Positions 6,713 through 14,631 of a stretch of 24,000 nt of DNA are shown here, in pieces. The position numbers were made by a program, and so were the translations under genes. The stretch covers positions 3,253 to 27,252 of the forward strand of contig CAIFEU010000014.1 of NCBI GenBank assembly GCA_903789505.1, read 5' to 3'. The notes beneath the pieces were generated by a model, which did not search any database, was not told where the DNA came from, and saw only the letters and a list, made by a program, of their open reading frames with translations. Source of the stretch: an uncultured Coriobacteriales bacterium (GTDB lineage: Bacteria; Actinomycetota; Coriobacteriia; Coriobacteriales; UMGS124). Position 1 is the stretch's first letter. The number at the start of each line of letters is the position of its first letter.

Positions 6713-7665
6713 GCGTCGCTATCTATCCAACGTGCATCGCGAGCAGCAGCTATGTCGGTTCCGAGCCGAGCGATGAAGTCAGGAGGTCGCGCTACCCGTT
6801 CCCTTGGCAGCCGGTCGTCATCCTCGCGCTCATCGGGTTCATGACGAGGTTCGTGAACGCCTACATCCTCGACCCGACCCTCGCGAACACGCGCCAGATT
6901 GCCGAGATCGCAATCGGTGCCACGATTATCCTCTCGCTGGCGCTCGGCAGAAGGACGAGACCCGTCCTGCTGTCCAACCTCGCGCTGGTCGTGAGTGTCG
7001 CGGGGTGTGCGTGTGCGGCCGCATTCGGCGGCGTCGGGAGGGCCGTCGCCCCGCTGCTGTTCATGACGTGCTACCTGCTCCTGACGGTCTCTGTGCTTAT
7101 TATGCTCGCCGACGTCTCCCACCAACAGGGCGTACCGAGCATGTACCTGTTCGGCCTCGCGTGTGCTGCCCGCGTCGCGATGGGCCGGCTCGGGGCGGAG
7201 GCCGGGGGCGCGCTCGCGCGCGGCTACACGGACGCGGCCGGCTCGGGGGCGGGGCTCGCCGGCGACTCCTCCGCTGCTCTCCCGCTGTTGGTGGCGGGCC
7301 TGACGATCATTCTGCTCTCGGGCGCGATGCTGCTGCGAGACCACCGCGGCGGGGGCTGGTCGCTCGAGGGCGTCGACATAAGAGAGGGGCGCCACATCCT
7401 GTCCGGTCACGAGCGTGTCGTCCGGGCGGTGGAAGCCGCTCGCTCGACGCATCGCCTCACCGCCCGTGAGTCGGACGTCCTCGCGCTGCTGCTGGAAGGC
7501 GGGTCGTACCAGGACGTATGCCAGAGCCTCTTCCTCTCCATGAGCACGGTCAAGACCCACGCCCACCACGCCTACGAGAAGCTCGGCGTCCACAATCGCG
7601 ACGAGGCGGCGGAGCTTCTGGGTGTGAGCGACGTCCTCGCAGGTGAGAAGTCAAGTACGAGATGA
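6700..7665 (+). CDS. Membrane-spanning LuxR-type regulator, C-terminal fragment with GerE/LuxR HTH
   Basis: Frame 1 looks coding from ~6685 (AQLLAMCLVSVAIYPTC...). The first ATG is at 6700. Further TM helices are followed by LTARESDVLALLLEGGSYQDVCQSLFLSMSTVKTHAHHAYEKLGV, a LuxR-type HTH. The ORF-track start at 6217 overlaps the N-terminal fragment in another frame and is not credible. Confidence 0.7.
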   Translation: MCLVSVAIYPTCIASSSYVGSEPSDEVRRSRYPFPWQPVVILALIGFMTRFVNAYILDPTLANTRQIAEIAIGATIILSLALGRRTRPVLLSNLALVVSVAGCACAAAFGGVGRAVAPLLFMTCYLLLTVSVLIMLADVSHQQGVPSMYLFGLACAARVAMGRLGAEAGGALARGYTDAAGSGAGLAGDSSAALPLLVAGLTIILLSGAMLLRDHRGGGWSLEGVDIREGRHILSGHERVVRAVEAARSTHRLTARESDVLALLLEGGSYQDVCQSLFLSMSTVKTHAHHAYEKLGVHNRDEAAELLGVSDVLAGEKSSTR

Positions 7666-7891
7666 GTACGAGACGCGCGTGGGCTTTTCCCTTCCGGGTG
7701 TCGCGAACGTTCTGACAATCTCATACCGCTCTCGAACTGGTCGAATCACTCCAGCGCGGCGACGATCGGCTCAGCCGGGCGGGTCACGCCGATGCCGAGC
7801 CGCCGCGTCGTGCTCGTAGCTTCGCCTGCGTCCGATTCCGTTCCGGCAGGCTTGTCCATGGAGCGGACCGTTCGATCAGATGGGAGTCAGA

Positions 7892-9760
7892 ATGTCTTCA
7901 CGCATTGGCTTTGACGGCGACCTCGAGGTGTTGGGTCGCGACGACGTCGCCTCGGGCGAGAGGGGAATGAGCAGAAGGAGCTTCGTTGGGTCGTCCGCGG
8001 CGGCGCTGGGGGCCATGGGGGCGGCGGCGATCGTCTGCCCGGCGCTTGCCCAGGCCAAGTCGGCGGGTTCATCGGCGGCTGACTCGGTGAGGGAGAATGG
8101 CCCCCTGTTCTCCAACCCGGGAACCTACTCGGCCACGGCGCCCGGCAGGAACGGGGACGTGGAGCTCGAGGTCGAGTTCACCGCCGATTCGATTGCCTCC
8201 ATCACCGTCACGTCGACCAAGGAGACGCTGACGATCGGCGGCCAGGCGATGGACATCTTGACCGAGCGCGCGCTCGACGGCCAGACCATCGAGCTCGACA
8301 ACGTCTCGGGGGCCACGTTCAGCTCGAACGCGTTCATCAAAGCGCTCAAGGACTGTGTCGAGCAGGCAGGGGGCGATCAGGATGCGCTTTCGGTCGAGGT
8401 CGAGGTGGACGAGCCCGATTACGAGACCGATGCCGACGTGCTTGTGCTTGGGGCGGGCGCGGCCGGCCTGACCGCCGCCCTCACGGCGGCACAGGAGGGC
8501 GCCAAGGTCATCCTGCTCGAGAAGGGTGACATCGTCGGCGGCAACACGAACGCGGCGAACTCGGGAATCAACGCCGCGGAGTCGCAGGTCCAGATTGACG
8601 CGGGGTTGGAAGGGACGACCGTTGACGACCTGGTCGAGGTCCAGATGAACAACGATCTGGCGCGCTCCGAGCTGGTCGACGCATTCGCGCAGGCCACCGG
8701 CGAGGTCGTCGACTGGCTTACCGGGCTGGGAGTCGTGTTCGAGACGAGCTCCGACAACCCGCTGCAGCTCTCTTGCACGAGTGACATTGCGCGCACCGGG
8801 GACTCGCTGGTCAAGGCGCTCCACGACGCGATTCTGCAGGATGACCGCGTCAGCCTGTACAAGGGCATTGCCGCGACGTCGCTCACGACCGACCCCGACG
8901 GCAGGGTGACGGGCGCCGTCGCAACCGACGCCTCCGGGCGGGAAGCCGAGTTCTCTGCCGGCGCCGTCATCGTCGCGACGGGCGGCTACGGGAAGAATCA
9001 CGACATGGTGCTGCAGTATCGCCCGGACCTCGCGAACACAATCACCGACGAGATTGCCCCGACGACCGGCGACGGATTCGTCATGACGACGGCCGTGGGC
9101 GCCGTGCCGGTCGATATGGGCGAGATTAACTTCCACGGCCATTGCGTCCCCGGGTACAGCATGATGTTCACTCGCGACGTGCCCGGAGGCCGCACCGCGC
9201 CCGCAGGCATCTACGTCAACGCCGAGGGCGAGCGCTTTGCCGACGAGACGAGCTTCCCCAACGACGTCTACCAGCCCGTGCTCGACCAGACCGACGGCGC
9301 GGTGTTCCACGTCTTCCCCGAGACGTTCGTGACTGACGTAATTAAGGCGATGCTGGCGACGGGGTTCGCCTCGAAGGCCGACTCCCCCGAGGAGCTCGCC
9401 AAGGACCTCGGAGTCGACCCCGACGGCCTCTCCCAGACCGTGCAGGCATGGAACGAGGACATCGCGAGCGGCGGTGACGAGCAGTTCGGGCGCACCGACG
9501 AGAACGCCGTCGCCCTGGAGGGCACGCTCTACGGCTACGAGTTCCACGATGCCGTCCACTATTTCATGGGAGGCGTGCTTATCAACCCGAGCGCCCAGGT
9601 GGTCGATGAGAATGGCGACCCGATTCCGGGTCTGTACGCCGCGGGCGAGGTGACCGGGGGCATGCAGGGCACCACGCGCGTCGACGGAACCGGCCTCATG
9701 GACGGCTTCACGTTCGGCCGCATCGCCGGCAAGGCCGCCGCGGGCGAGGTGTTGGCGTAG
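7892..9760 (+). CDS. Tat-exported flavoprotein reductase: FMN_bind domain + FAD-dependent fumarate/urocanate-reductase-like domain
   Basis: Twin-arginine signal MSRRSFVGSSAAALGAMGAAAIVCPALAQA. The FMN_bind flavinylation motif DNVSGATFSS is at 8297-8326. Rossmann motif DVLVLGAGAAGLTAALTAAQEGAKVILLEK. C-terminal motif AAGEVTGGMQGTTRVDG...FGRIAG. The start is uncertain: ATG 7892 has GGGAG plus a 5-nt spacer, and the alternatives are ATG 7880 and ATG 7967 (MSRRSF). Confidence 0.88.
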   Translation: MSSRIGFDGDLEVLGRDDVASGERGMSRRSFVGSSAAALGAMGAAAIVCPALAQAKSAGSSAADSVRENGPLFSNPGTYSATAPGRNGDVELEVEFTADSIASITVTSTKETLTIGGQAMDILTERALDGQTIELDNVSGATFSSNAFIKALKDCVEQAGGDQDALSVEVEVDEPDYETDADVLVLGAGAAGLTAALTAAQEGAKVILLEKGDIVGGNTNAANSGINAAESQVQIDAGLEGTTVDDLVEVQMNNDLARSELVDAFAQATGEVVDWLTGLGVVFETSSDNPLQLSCTSDIARTGDSLVKALHDAILQDDRVSLYKGIAATSLTTDPDGRVTGAVATDASGREAEFSAGAVIVATGGYGKNHDMVLQYRPDLANTITDEIAPTTGDGFVMTTAVGAVPVDMGEINFHGHCVPGYSMMFTRDVPGGRTAPAGIYVNAEGERFADETSFPNDVYQPVLDQTDGAVFHVFPETFVTDVIKAMLATGFASKADSPEELAKDLGVDPDGLSQTVQAWNEDIASGGDEQFGRTDENAVALEGTLYGYEFHDAVHYFMGGVLINPSAQVVDENGDPIPGLYAAGEVTGGMQGTTRVDGTGLMDGFTFGRIAGKAAAGEVLA

Positions 9761-9780
9761 GCGGCACTCCTGCAACGCCC

Positions 9781-9823
9781 AGCCTGCCTCGGGGGCAATC
9801 CCGAGGCAGGCTTTCTTGTCTTT
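9781..9823 (+). terminator. Rho-independent terminator of the first reductase gene
   Basis: Perfect 13-bp stem AGCCTGCCTCGGG (9781-9793) with CCCGAGGCAGGCT (9800-9812), 6-nt loop GGCAAT, then the T-rich tail TTCTTGTCTTT (9813-9823). Confidence 0.8.
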
Positions 9824-9841
9824 GGCAGGGTGCCGTTATCT

Positions 9842-10585
9842 CTACCCTACGCGGGGAGGCGTCCTCCAGTCGCAGGGGTCCGGCGCCGAGACCGCGCGCA
9901 CGCCTGCGACGATGATGTCGATCCCGTCGAAGAAGGCCCGCTCGTCGTACGCCCCCTCCGCCGCCTCCATCCACTCCTGGCCCTCGGGGTCGGGGCGGGG
10001 GGAGCCGTCGGATAGGCTCGCCAGCTCGGCCTGGATGAAGCCGCCCAGGAACGCGTCGACGATCCTCCAGAGTCGGCGCAGCGTCTCCGGCGGTATCCCC
10101 TGGGCCTCGTGCAGTCGGTATATTCGCTTCGTGTGCTCGATGAGCCCGGCCGAGTACCCGTTCGTCTCCACCTTGAACAGGTTGCATCGACGGTGGCGCA
10201 GGTACATCTGACGAATCGACGACATGGTGCGGCGCAGTGTGTCGTCCCACCTCTCGCCGGGGATGGGGCTGGTGTCCACCTCCTGGAACGCCTTGGCCAG
10301 CGCCGCGACGCGCACGTCGGCGATGGAGTCGAAGTACGTGTACAGCGCCATGGGCGTCTTGCCCAGGCGGGCGGCGAGCTTGCGCGCGGAGACGTTCTCG
10401 ATGCCGATCTCGTCCCCCAGGGTCAGCGCCTCGGCGGCGATCTGCTCGCGGGTGAGCGAGGGGGCCGCGCCGGGCGTCCCCGGCCTTCTCCCGTCGCGGC
10501 GTCCGCTCTCGGCGGCATTGCGACGCGGGCTCTCGCCCGTCTTTTGCGCCTGCCTCTCCGAAGCCTCGGTGGCGTCGGTCATCAT
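9842..10585 (-). CDS. TetR/AcrR family transcriptional regulator
   Basis: Start is ATG 10583-10585 (MMTDATEAS) with SD GGAAGGGAG just upstream; the track ORF extended to 11092 is spurious. HTH: IENVSARKLAARLGKTPMALYTYF. Stop is TAG 9842-9844. Confidence 0.85.
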   Translation of the reverse strand: MMTDATEASERQAQKTGESPRRNAAESGRRDGRRPGTPGAAPSLTREQIAAEALTLGDEIGIENVSARKLAARLGKTPMALYTYFDSIADVRVAALAKAFQEVDTSPIPGERWDDTLRRTMSSIRQMYLRHRRCNLFKVETNGYSAGLIEHTKRIYRLHEAQGIPPETLRRLWRIVDAFLGGFIQAELASLSDGSPRPDPEGQEWMEAAEGAYDERAFFDGIDIIVAGVRAVSAPDPCDWRTPPRVG

Positions 10586-10802
10586 GGGCTCCCTTCCTGT
10601 CGCTTCCTGGCCCAATGCCCCGAGGGCGTCTGAGGGCCTGTCGGAATCGGGCGCCCGAACTCGACCCATTATCCCCTCTCGCCCGCCCTGCGTGTGCCTG
10701 TCCGAGAAAAGGCATCCGGATTGCGTGCGCCGGATGCGCGCGCCGACTGCGTGCGCACGGAGCCGCTCCCGCCCGATGCGGCGAATTCGCCTTCGCGAGC
10801 CG

Positions 10803-10863
10803 TTGCGCGCGAATGATATACGCCGTATAGTACTCCCTGTTGCCAGTTTCCGTACACTGTACG
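10803..10863 (+). promoter_or_regulatory. Candidate promoter of the second reductase with two related palindromic operators (likely TetR sites)
   Basis: TTGCGC (10803-10808), 17-nt spacer, TATAGT (10826-10831). Palindrome TATACG-C-CGTATA (10817-10829) overlaps the -10. A second palindrome CGTACA-C-TGTACG lies at 10851-10863. This is a locally AT-rich patch in the TetR/reductase divergent spacer. Confidence 0.45.
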
Positions 10864-10952
10864 CCAATTGGGGGCACTGGACGCGCTCGAGGCCGGGGGA
10901 GCCGGCGCGCTGCGCGGATGCGACCGAGGGAAGATGGGAAGGGGAATCGACG

Positions 10953-13001
10953 ATGCGAATTGACGACGCGAGGAACGGGGAAGTCGAGGGCGCGTCTGCC
11001 TGCTCCGAGGCGAGGGTGTGCTCCGTCTCGCGCAGGGGCCTCATCGCGGGCGCGACGCTCGGGGCGGCCGCCATGGGAGTAGCGGGCGGCATGGGCGCCG
11101 CCCGCGCGTTCGGCGCGGACTCGGGCTCGGGCGCGGCGGATGCCGGCTCGAGCGCGGCAAAAGACGCGACCGCCGAGGCTGGTGCCGCCGACTACGTGAA
11201 CATCTACGCAGACGGTGTCAACCTCATGCCCGCCCGCAAGGCGACCTGCCCCGGCCCCCAGGGGCCGGTCGCGTTCGAGTCGCGCCAGATCGACGAGGGC
11301 GAAATCGTCCGCACGGAGGAGTTCGACCTCGTCGTGGTGGGCGCCGGCATCGGTGGCCTCATGGCGACGCTCAAAGCGGCCGACATGGGCGCGAACGTTC
11401 TGCTGCTCGAGAAGATGACGCGCGGCCGCGGCTGCTTCGAGTGCTTCGGCGCGGTGGGCGCGAAGTGCCAGGAGGGCACCGAGATCGACAAGACCGCCCT
11501 GCTCGACGAGATCCTGCGCAGCGCCTACTACCGCACCCGTCCCGAGCCTGCCGTCACCTACGTGAACCGCTCCGGCGAGGCGACGGACTTCTGGCAGGAG
11601 ATGCTCGACAAGGGCAGCAACGGGTTCAAGATCACCAAGGTCGAGCAGACCCCGTCCACGTGCGGCTTCCCGGCGATGACCCAGCTGATCGACTCCGAGC
11701 TCGGGTTCTACGACTCGCCCGCTCTGCCTGCGGACGCGGGCTCGCGCTCCGGGCTCTCCGGCATCTACGTGTGCCTGGAGATGCAGGAGGTGGCGAAGAG
11801 CGCCTACGACAACGTCGACATGCGCTTCTCGACCCCTGCCGTGCAGCTCACCACCGATGGCTCCGGTGCGGTGACCGGCGTAATCGCCAAGGACGCCGAC
11901 GGCTACTTCCGCGTGAGCTCGAAGCTCGGCGTGATCCTGGCGACCGGCGGCTACGACGCCAACCCGCGCCTGATGGAGGCCTGGACGCGCCCCGAGGACT
12001 ACGCTACCTCGAGCTGGTGGAACCCGAGCTGGGGCACGACGGGCGACGGCCACATGATGGGCCTTGCCGTTGGCGCCCAGATGGACTCGGTCCCTCAGCC
12101 GGTCATGAACTTCCGCTGGGGCACGCCCGACTCCTTTGCCGACGCGCGCACCTGGAACGCCGTGTACTTCGGCATCCTGGTCAACGGGCGCGGAAGGCGC
12201 TTCGTGCGCGAGGACCTGCCGTTCCAGTGCGTCTCCAACGCGCAGAACGCCCAGCCCGCCTACGGCAAGAACTGCTGGTACGTCTTCGACGAGGGCATGA
12301 TGGAGGGCATGCAGGACGCCGTCGAGGAGTTCGAGGACAAGGGCTGGCTGTACGAGGGTGCCACCCCCGAGGAGCTCGCCGAGAACGTGGGAATCGACCC
12401 GCAGGGCCTCTCGGCGACGCTCGAGGAGTACGCCGCGGGGTTCGAGGCGGGTGCCGACGCGCTCGGCCGCGACCTGACGCAGACGATGCCGTTCACCGGG
12501 GGCAAGCTCTACGCCTTCGTGAGCAACTCCAACGTCCTCGCGACCGTGGGCGGCCTGACCATCGACGGCAACTGTCAGGTGCTCGACACCTCTGACAGGC
12601 CGATTCCCGGCCTCTGGGCGTGCGGCAACGCGAGCGGCAACTTCTTCGCCGGCAACTACCCGCGCCACATCCCCGGCACCAGCATCGGCCGCGCGATAAC
12701 CTTCGGCTACGTCGCTGCGGAGAGCGCCGTCAACGGCGTCCAGGGCGAGGACCCGCTCGTCGACAGCAAGGCGCCGGCGCTGGCGAGCTACGACCCGTCG
12801 GCAGCGGACCCGAGCGCCGCGGTCGCCGACGACGCGCTCGGCGTCTGGGACCCCGCGAACCCGATTCACGGCTCGAGCTTGGCATACACCGACGCCGACA
12901 TCGCCGTGGCGACCCAGAGCTGCGACAACTGCCACGCGTATCGCCCGGGCGACTCCACCGTCGCCGACGGCATGACGTTCTCGGCCTCCGCCGACAAGTA
13001 G
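10953..13001 (+). CDS. Tat-signal FAD-dependent oxidoreductase (fumarate-reductase/KstD-like FAD_binding_2 family) with C-terminal CXXCH tail
   Basis: ATG 10953 follows GGAAGGGGA; the track ORF start at 10224 is an extension. Tat motif VSRRGLIAGATLGAAAMGVAGGMGAARAFG. Rossmann motif DLVVVGAGIGGLMATLKAADMGANVLLLEK. C-terminal FAD motif PGLWACGNASGNFF...GTSIGRAITFGY. Tail with SCDNCHAY; the CXXCH codons are at 12921-12935. Confidence 0.88.
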   Translation: MRIDDARNGEVEGASACSEARVCSVSRRGLIAGATLGAAAMGVAGGMGAARAFGADSGSGAADAGSSAAKDATAEAGAADYVNIYADGVNLMPARKATCPGPQGPVAFESRQIDEGEIVRTEEFDLVVVGAGIGGLMATLKAADMGANVLLLEKMTRGRGCFECFGAVGAKCQEGTEIDKTALLDEILRSAYYRTRPEPAVTYVNRSGEATDFWQEMLDKGSNGFKITKVEQTPSTCGFPAMTQLIDSELGFYDSPALPADAGSRSGLSGIYVCLEMQEVAKSAYDNVDMRFSTPAVQLTTDGSGAVTGVIAKDADGYFRVSSKLGVILATGGYDANPRLMEAWTRPEDYATSSWWNPSWGTTGDGHMMGLAVGAQMDSVPQPVMNFRWGTPDSFADARTWNAVYFGILVNGRGRRFVREDLPFQCVSNAQNAQPAYGKNCWYVFDEGMMEGMQDAVEEFEDKGWLYEGATPEELAENVGIDPQGLSATLEEYAAGFEAGADALGRDLTQTMPFTGGKLYAFVSNSNVLATVGGLTIDGNCQVLDTSDRPIPGLWACGNASGNFFAGNYPRHIPGTSIGRAITFGYVAAESAVNGVQGEDPLVDSKAPALASYDPSAADPSAAVADDALGVWDPANPIHGSSLAYTDADIAVATQSCDNCHAYRPGDSTVADGMTFSASADK

Positions 13002-13040
13002 GGATCGGCGGCATCGGAAGCGGCGTCGTCCGCCATCGAC

Positions 13041-13084
13041 CGGCCCTCCTTCCTAGAATACAATGTATTCAGGAAGGAGGGCCG
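13041..13084. promoter_or_regulatory. Near-perfect 20-bp-arm inverted repeat covering the relB ribosome-binding site; candidate TA operator / RBS-sequestering hairpin
   Basis: CGGCCCTCCTTCCT-A-GAATAC / AAT / GTATTC-AGGAAGGAGGGCCG. Pairing is 13041-13054 with 13071-13084 and 13056-13061 with 13065-13070, with one bulged A (13055). The right arm contains the SD GGAAGGAGGG, 7 nt before ATG 13089. A TAGAAT hexamer lies at 13054-13059. Confidence 0.6.
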
Positions 13085-13088
13085 ACTC

Positions 13089-13304
13089 ATGACCACGATG
13101 ACCCTGAGGATCGATGACGACGACGCCGAAATCGTGCGCCGGTATGCCCGCTTCGAGGGGAAGAGCATCTCGGAATTCATCCGCGAGGCCGTCTTCGAGA
13201 AGATTGAGGACGAGCAGGACCTCTCCGAGCTCAGAGAGGCAATCGCCGCGGATGACGGCGAGCGGTACACGCAGGACGAGGTGCTTGGGGAGCTGGGCCT
13301 GTGA
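13089..13304 (+). CDS. relB: Type II antitoxin, RelB/DinJ (ribbon-helix-helix) family
   Basis: 71 aa: MTTMTLRIDDDDAEIVRRYARFEGKSISEFIREAVFEKIEDEQDL... This is a typical RHH antitoxin with an acidic C-terminal half. Its stop overlaps the toxin start (GTGA). Confidence 0.85.
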   Translation: MTTMTLRIDDDDAEIVRRYARFEGKSISEFIREAVFEKIEDEQDLSELREAIAADDGERYTQDEVLGELGL

Positions 13305-13576
13305 GCTGCTATCGCGTCGAGTACACGACAAGGGCCCTCAGGCAGCTCAAGAAGATGGATGTCTTTGACGCCAGGCTCATCGTCTCGTGGATCGGCAAGA
13401 ACCTCGAGGGAGCCGATGACCCCCGGAGCCTGGGCAAGGGGCTGACCGCGAACCGGACCGGGGAATGGCGGTATCGTGTCGGGGACTATCGAATCCTCTG
13501 CCGCATCCTGGATGATGTGCTCATCATCGAGGTGTTTGCCGTGGGGCATCGCCGCGACGTGTACAGGAGGAACTGA
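13301..13576 (+). CDS. relE: Type II toxin, RelE/ParE (mRNA interferase) family
   Basis: 91 aa with a GTG start at 13301. YRVEYTTRALRQLKKMD...WRYRVGDYRILCRILDDVLIIEVFAVGHRRDVYR is the canonical RelE/StbE pattern. Confidence 0.88.
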   Translation: MSCYRVEYTTRALRQLKKMDVFDARLIVSWIGKNLEGADDPRSLGKGLTANRTGEWRYRVGDYRILCRILDDVLIIEVFAVGHRRDVYRRN

Positions 13577-13678
13577 CCGAGGGCTCCCCGAGGTCTTGCT
13601 CGCCCCTGTCGCCGAGCCGCGCGGAGCTGGGGCGATGGGGCGGTTCTCCCAGACGCCACGCGGGCTGCTGCCAAGCGA

Positions 13679-14446
13679 CTACCAGTACCGCGCCCCCGCT
13701 TGGCCGCTCCCGTCGCCGCCGAACCGCCGGTCGTGCCGCGCGGCCACGCGCACGACGATGAACACGATGACGTAGATCGCCACGACCACGAGCATGAACA
13801 CGGCGCCGGAGGACTCGCTGTTCACCATCGCCGCGGAGTCATACAGGCCGTGAAGGGCGACCGAGAGCGCGTAGCCCACGATCACGCAGAGCGCCCCCGA
13901 CACCGACTTGCCGCGCGTGGAGAGGAGTTTCGCCTGCCCGTACAGCATCCCGAACAGCACGGCGAACCCCATGTGGGCGGGGATGGCCATGAGCGCGCGG
14001 CTAAACAGGACCCCCGGGCCGTACGTGAGTCCGTACATGACGTTCTCAGCGGCCGCGAACCCCAGCGAGGTGAACACCGCGTACACTACGCCGTCGAAGC
14101 GGCAGTTGAACGCCGGGTGGTTCCAGGTCTTGCGCGCCATGAGCGCGTACTTGAGCCCCTCCTCGACGACGCCGACGACCACGAAGTCGCTCACGACCGT
14201 GAACTTTGCGCTCGTGGGGTCAAGCCCGCTGAACAGCCCCAACGCCGCCATGCCCACCTGCTCGAACAGGCCCGCGAACAGCGCGGCGACCACGCCCCTG
14301 AGCACGAGGTTCCAGAGCAGGTCTGCCGGCTCCTTGTCGATGGGGTCCTGGCGGTAGACGTAGACCATCAGCGCGATCGCCGGCGCGATGGCGAGGAACA
14401 GGAACATGTACAGGTACATGCTCAGTCCGCTTGCGATGAGAAGCAC
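13679..14446 (-). CDS. prsW: PrsW-family intramembrane metalloprotease
   Basis: GTG start (14444-14446) with SD GAAAGGA and a 7-nt spacer. The protein is polytopic, with motifs VVEEGLKY, GFAAAEN and ALHGLYD characteristic of PrsW-type proteases. Confidence 0.8.
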   Translation of the reverse strand: MLLIASGLSMYLYMFLFLAIAPAIALMVYVYRQDPIDKEPADLLWNLVLRGVVAALFAGLFEQVGMAALGLFSGLDPTSAKFTVVSDFVVVGVVEEGLKYALMARKTWNHPAFNCRFDGVVYAVFTSLGFAAAENVMYGLTYGPGVLFSRALMAIPAHMGFAVLFGMLYGQAKLLSTRGKSVSGALCVIVGYALSVALHGLYDSAAMVNSESSGAVFMLVVVAIYVIVFIVVRVAARHDRRFGGDGSGQAGARYW

Positions 14447-14509
14447 GGGCGGGTCCTTTCGGCGTGAGGGGGGCGCAGCGGGCGCGCGGGATTCGGTGCG
14501 ACGTCCTCG

Positions 14510-14545
14510 ATTCTACGATTCTACGTGCGAGGCGCGCACGCACAA
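14510..14545 (-). promoter_or_regulatory. Candidate prsW promoter with duplicated -10
   Basis: The minus strand reads TTGTGC (14545-14540), 16-nt spacer, TAGAAT (14523-14518), CG, TAGAAT (14515-14510). On the plus strand this is the tandem CGATTCTA-CGATTCTA. It lies about 65-75 nt upstream of the GTG start. Confidence 0.4.
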
Positions 14546-14631
14546 GGCTCAACGCGCGGGCGCGCAGAGCCCCCATCTACCCCCGCCCGCAAGGCGTCGG
14601 CGCCGGTCAGGCGCGCCCGTCCGACTGGTCG

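Noticed and set aside
8069-9775. 568-aa minus-strand ORF antisense to the first reductase
   Set aside because: It is a mirror-frame artefact. The plus-strand product has clear FMN_bind and FAD motifs, while the antisense product is low-complexity.
10224-11092. Upstream extensions of the second reductase ORF (from 10224) and of the TetR ORF (to 11092)
   Set aside because: The extensions overlap each other and the opposite gene, lack protein-like composition, and have better internal starts with SD sequences at 10953 and 10585.
9708-12935. 1075-aa minus-strand ORF, the largest in the track
   Set aside because: It spans the terminator, the TetR gene in another frame, the spacer and the antisense strand of the second reductase. 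The sequence is R/A/G/P-rich with no domains. It cannot coexist with the well-supported genes on both strands.
13700-14467. 255-aa plus-strand ORF of exactly the same length as prsW on the opposite strand
   Set aside because: It is a mirror ORF. Its translation is H/R/D/E-rich with no TM helices or motifs, whereas the minus-strand product has PrsW motifs, an SD and a promoter.
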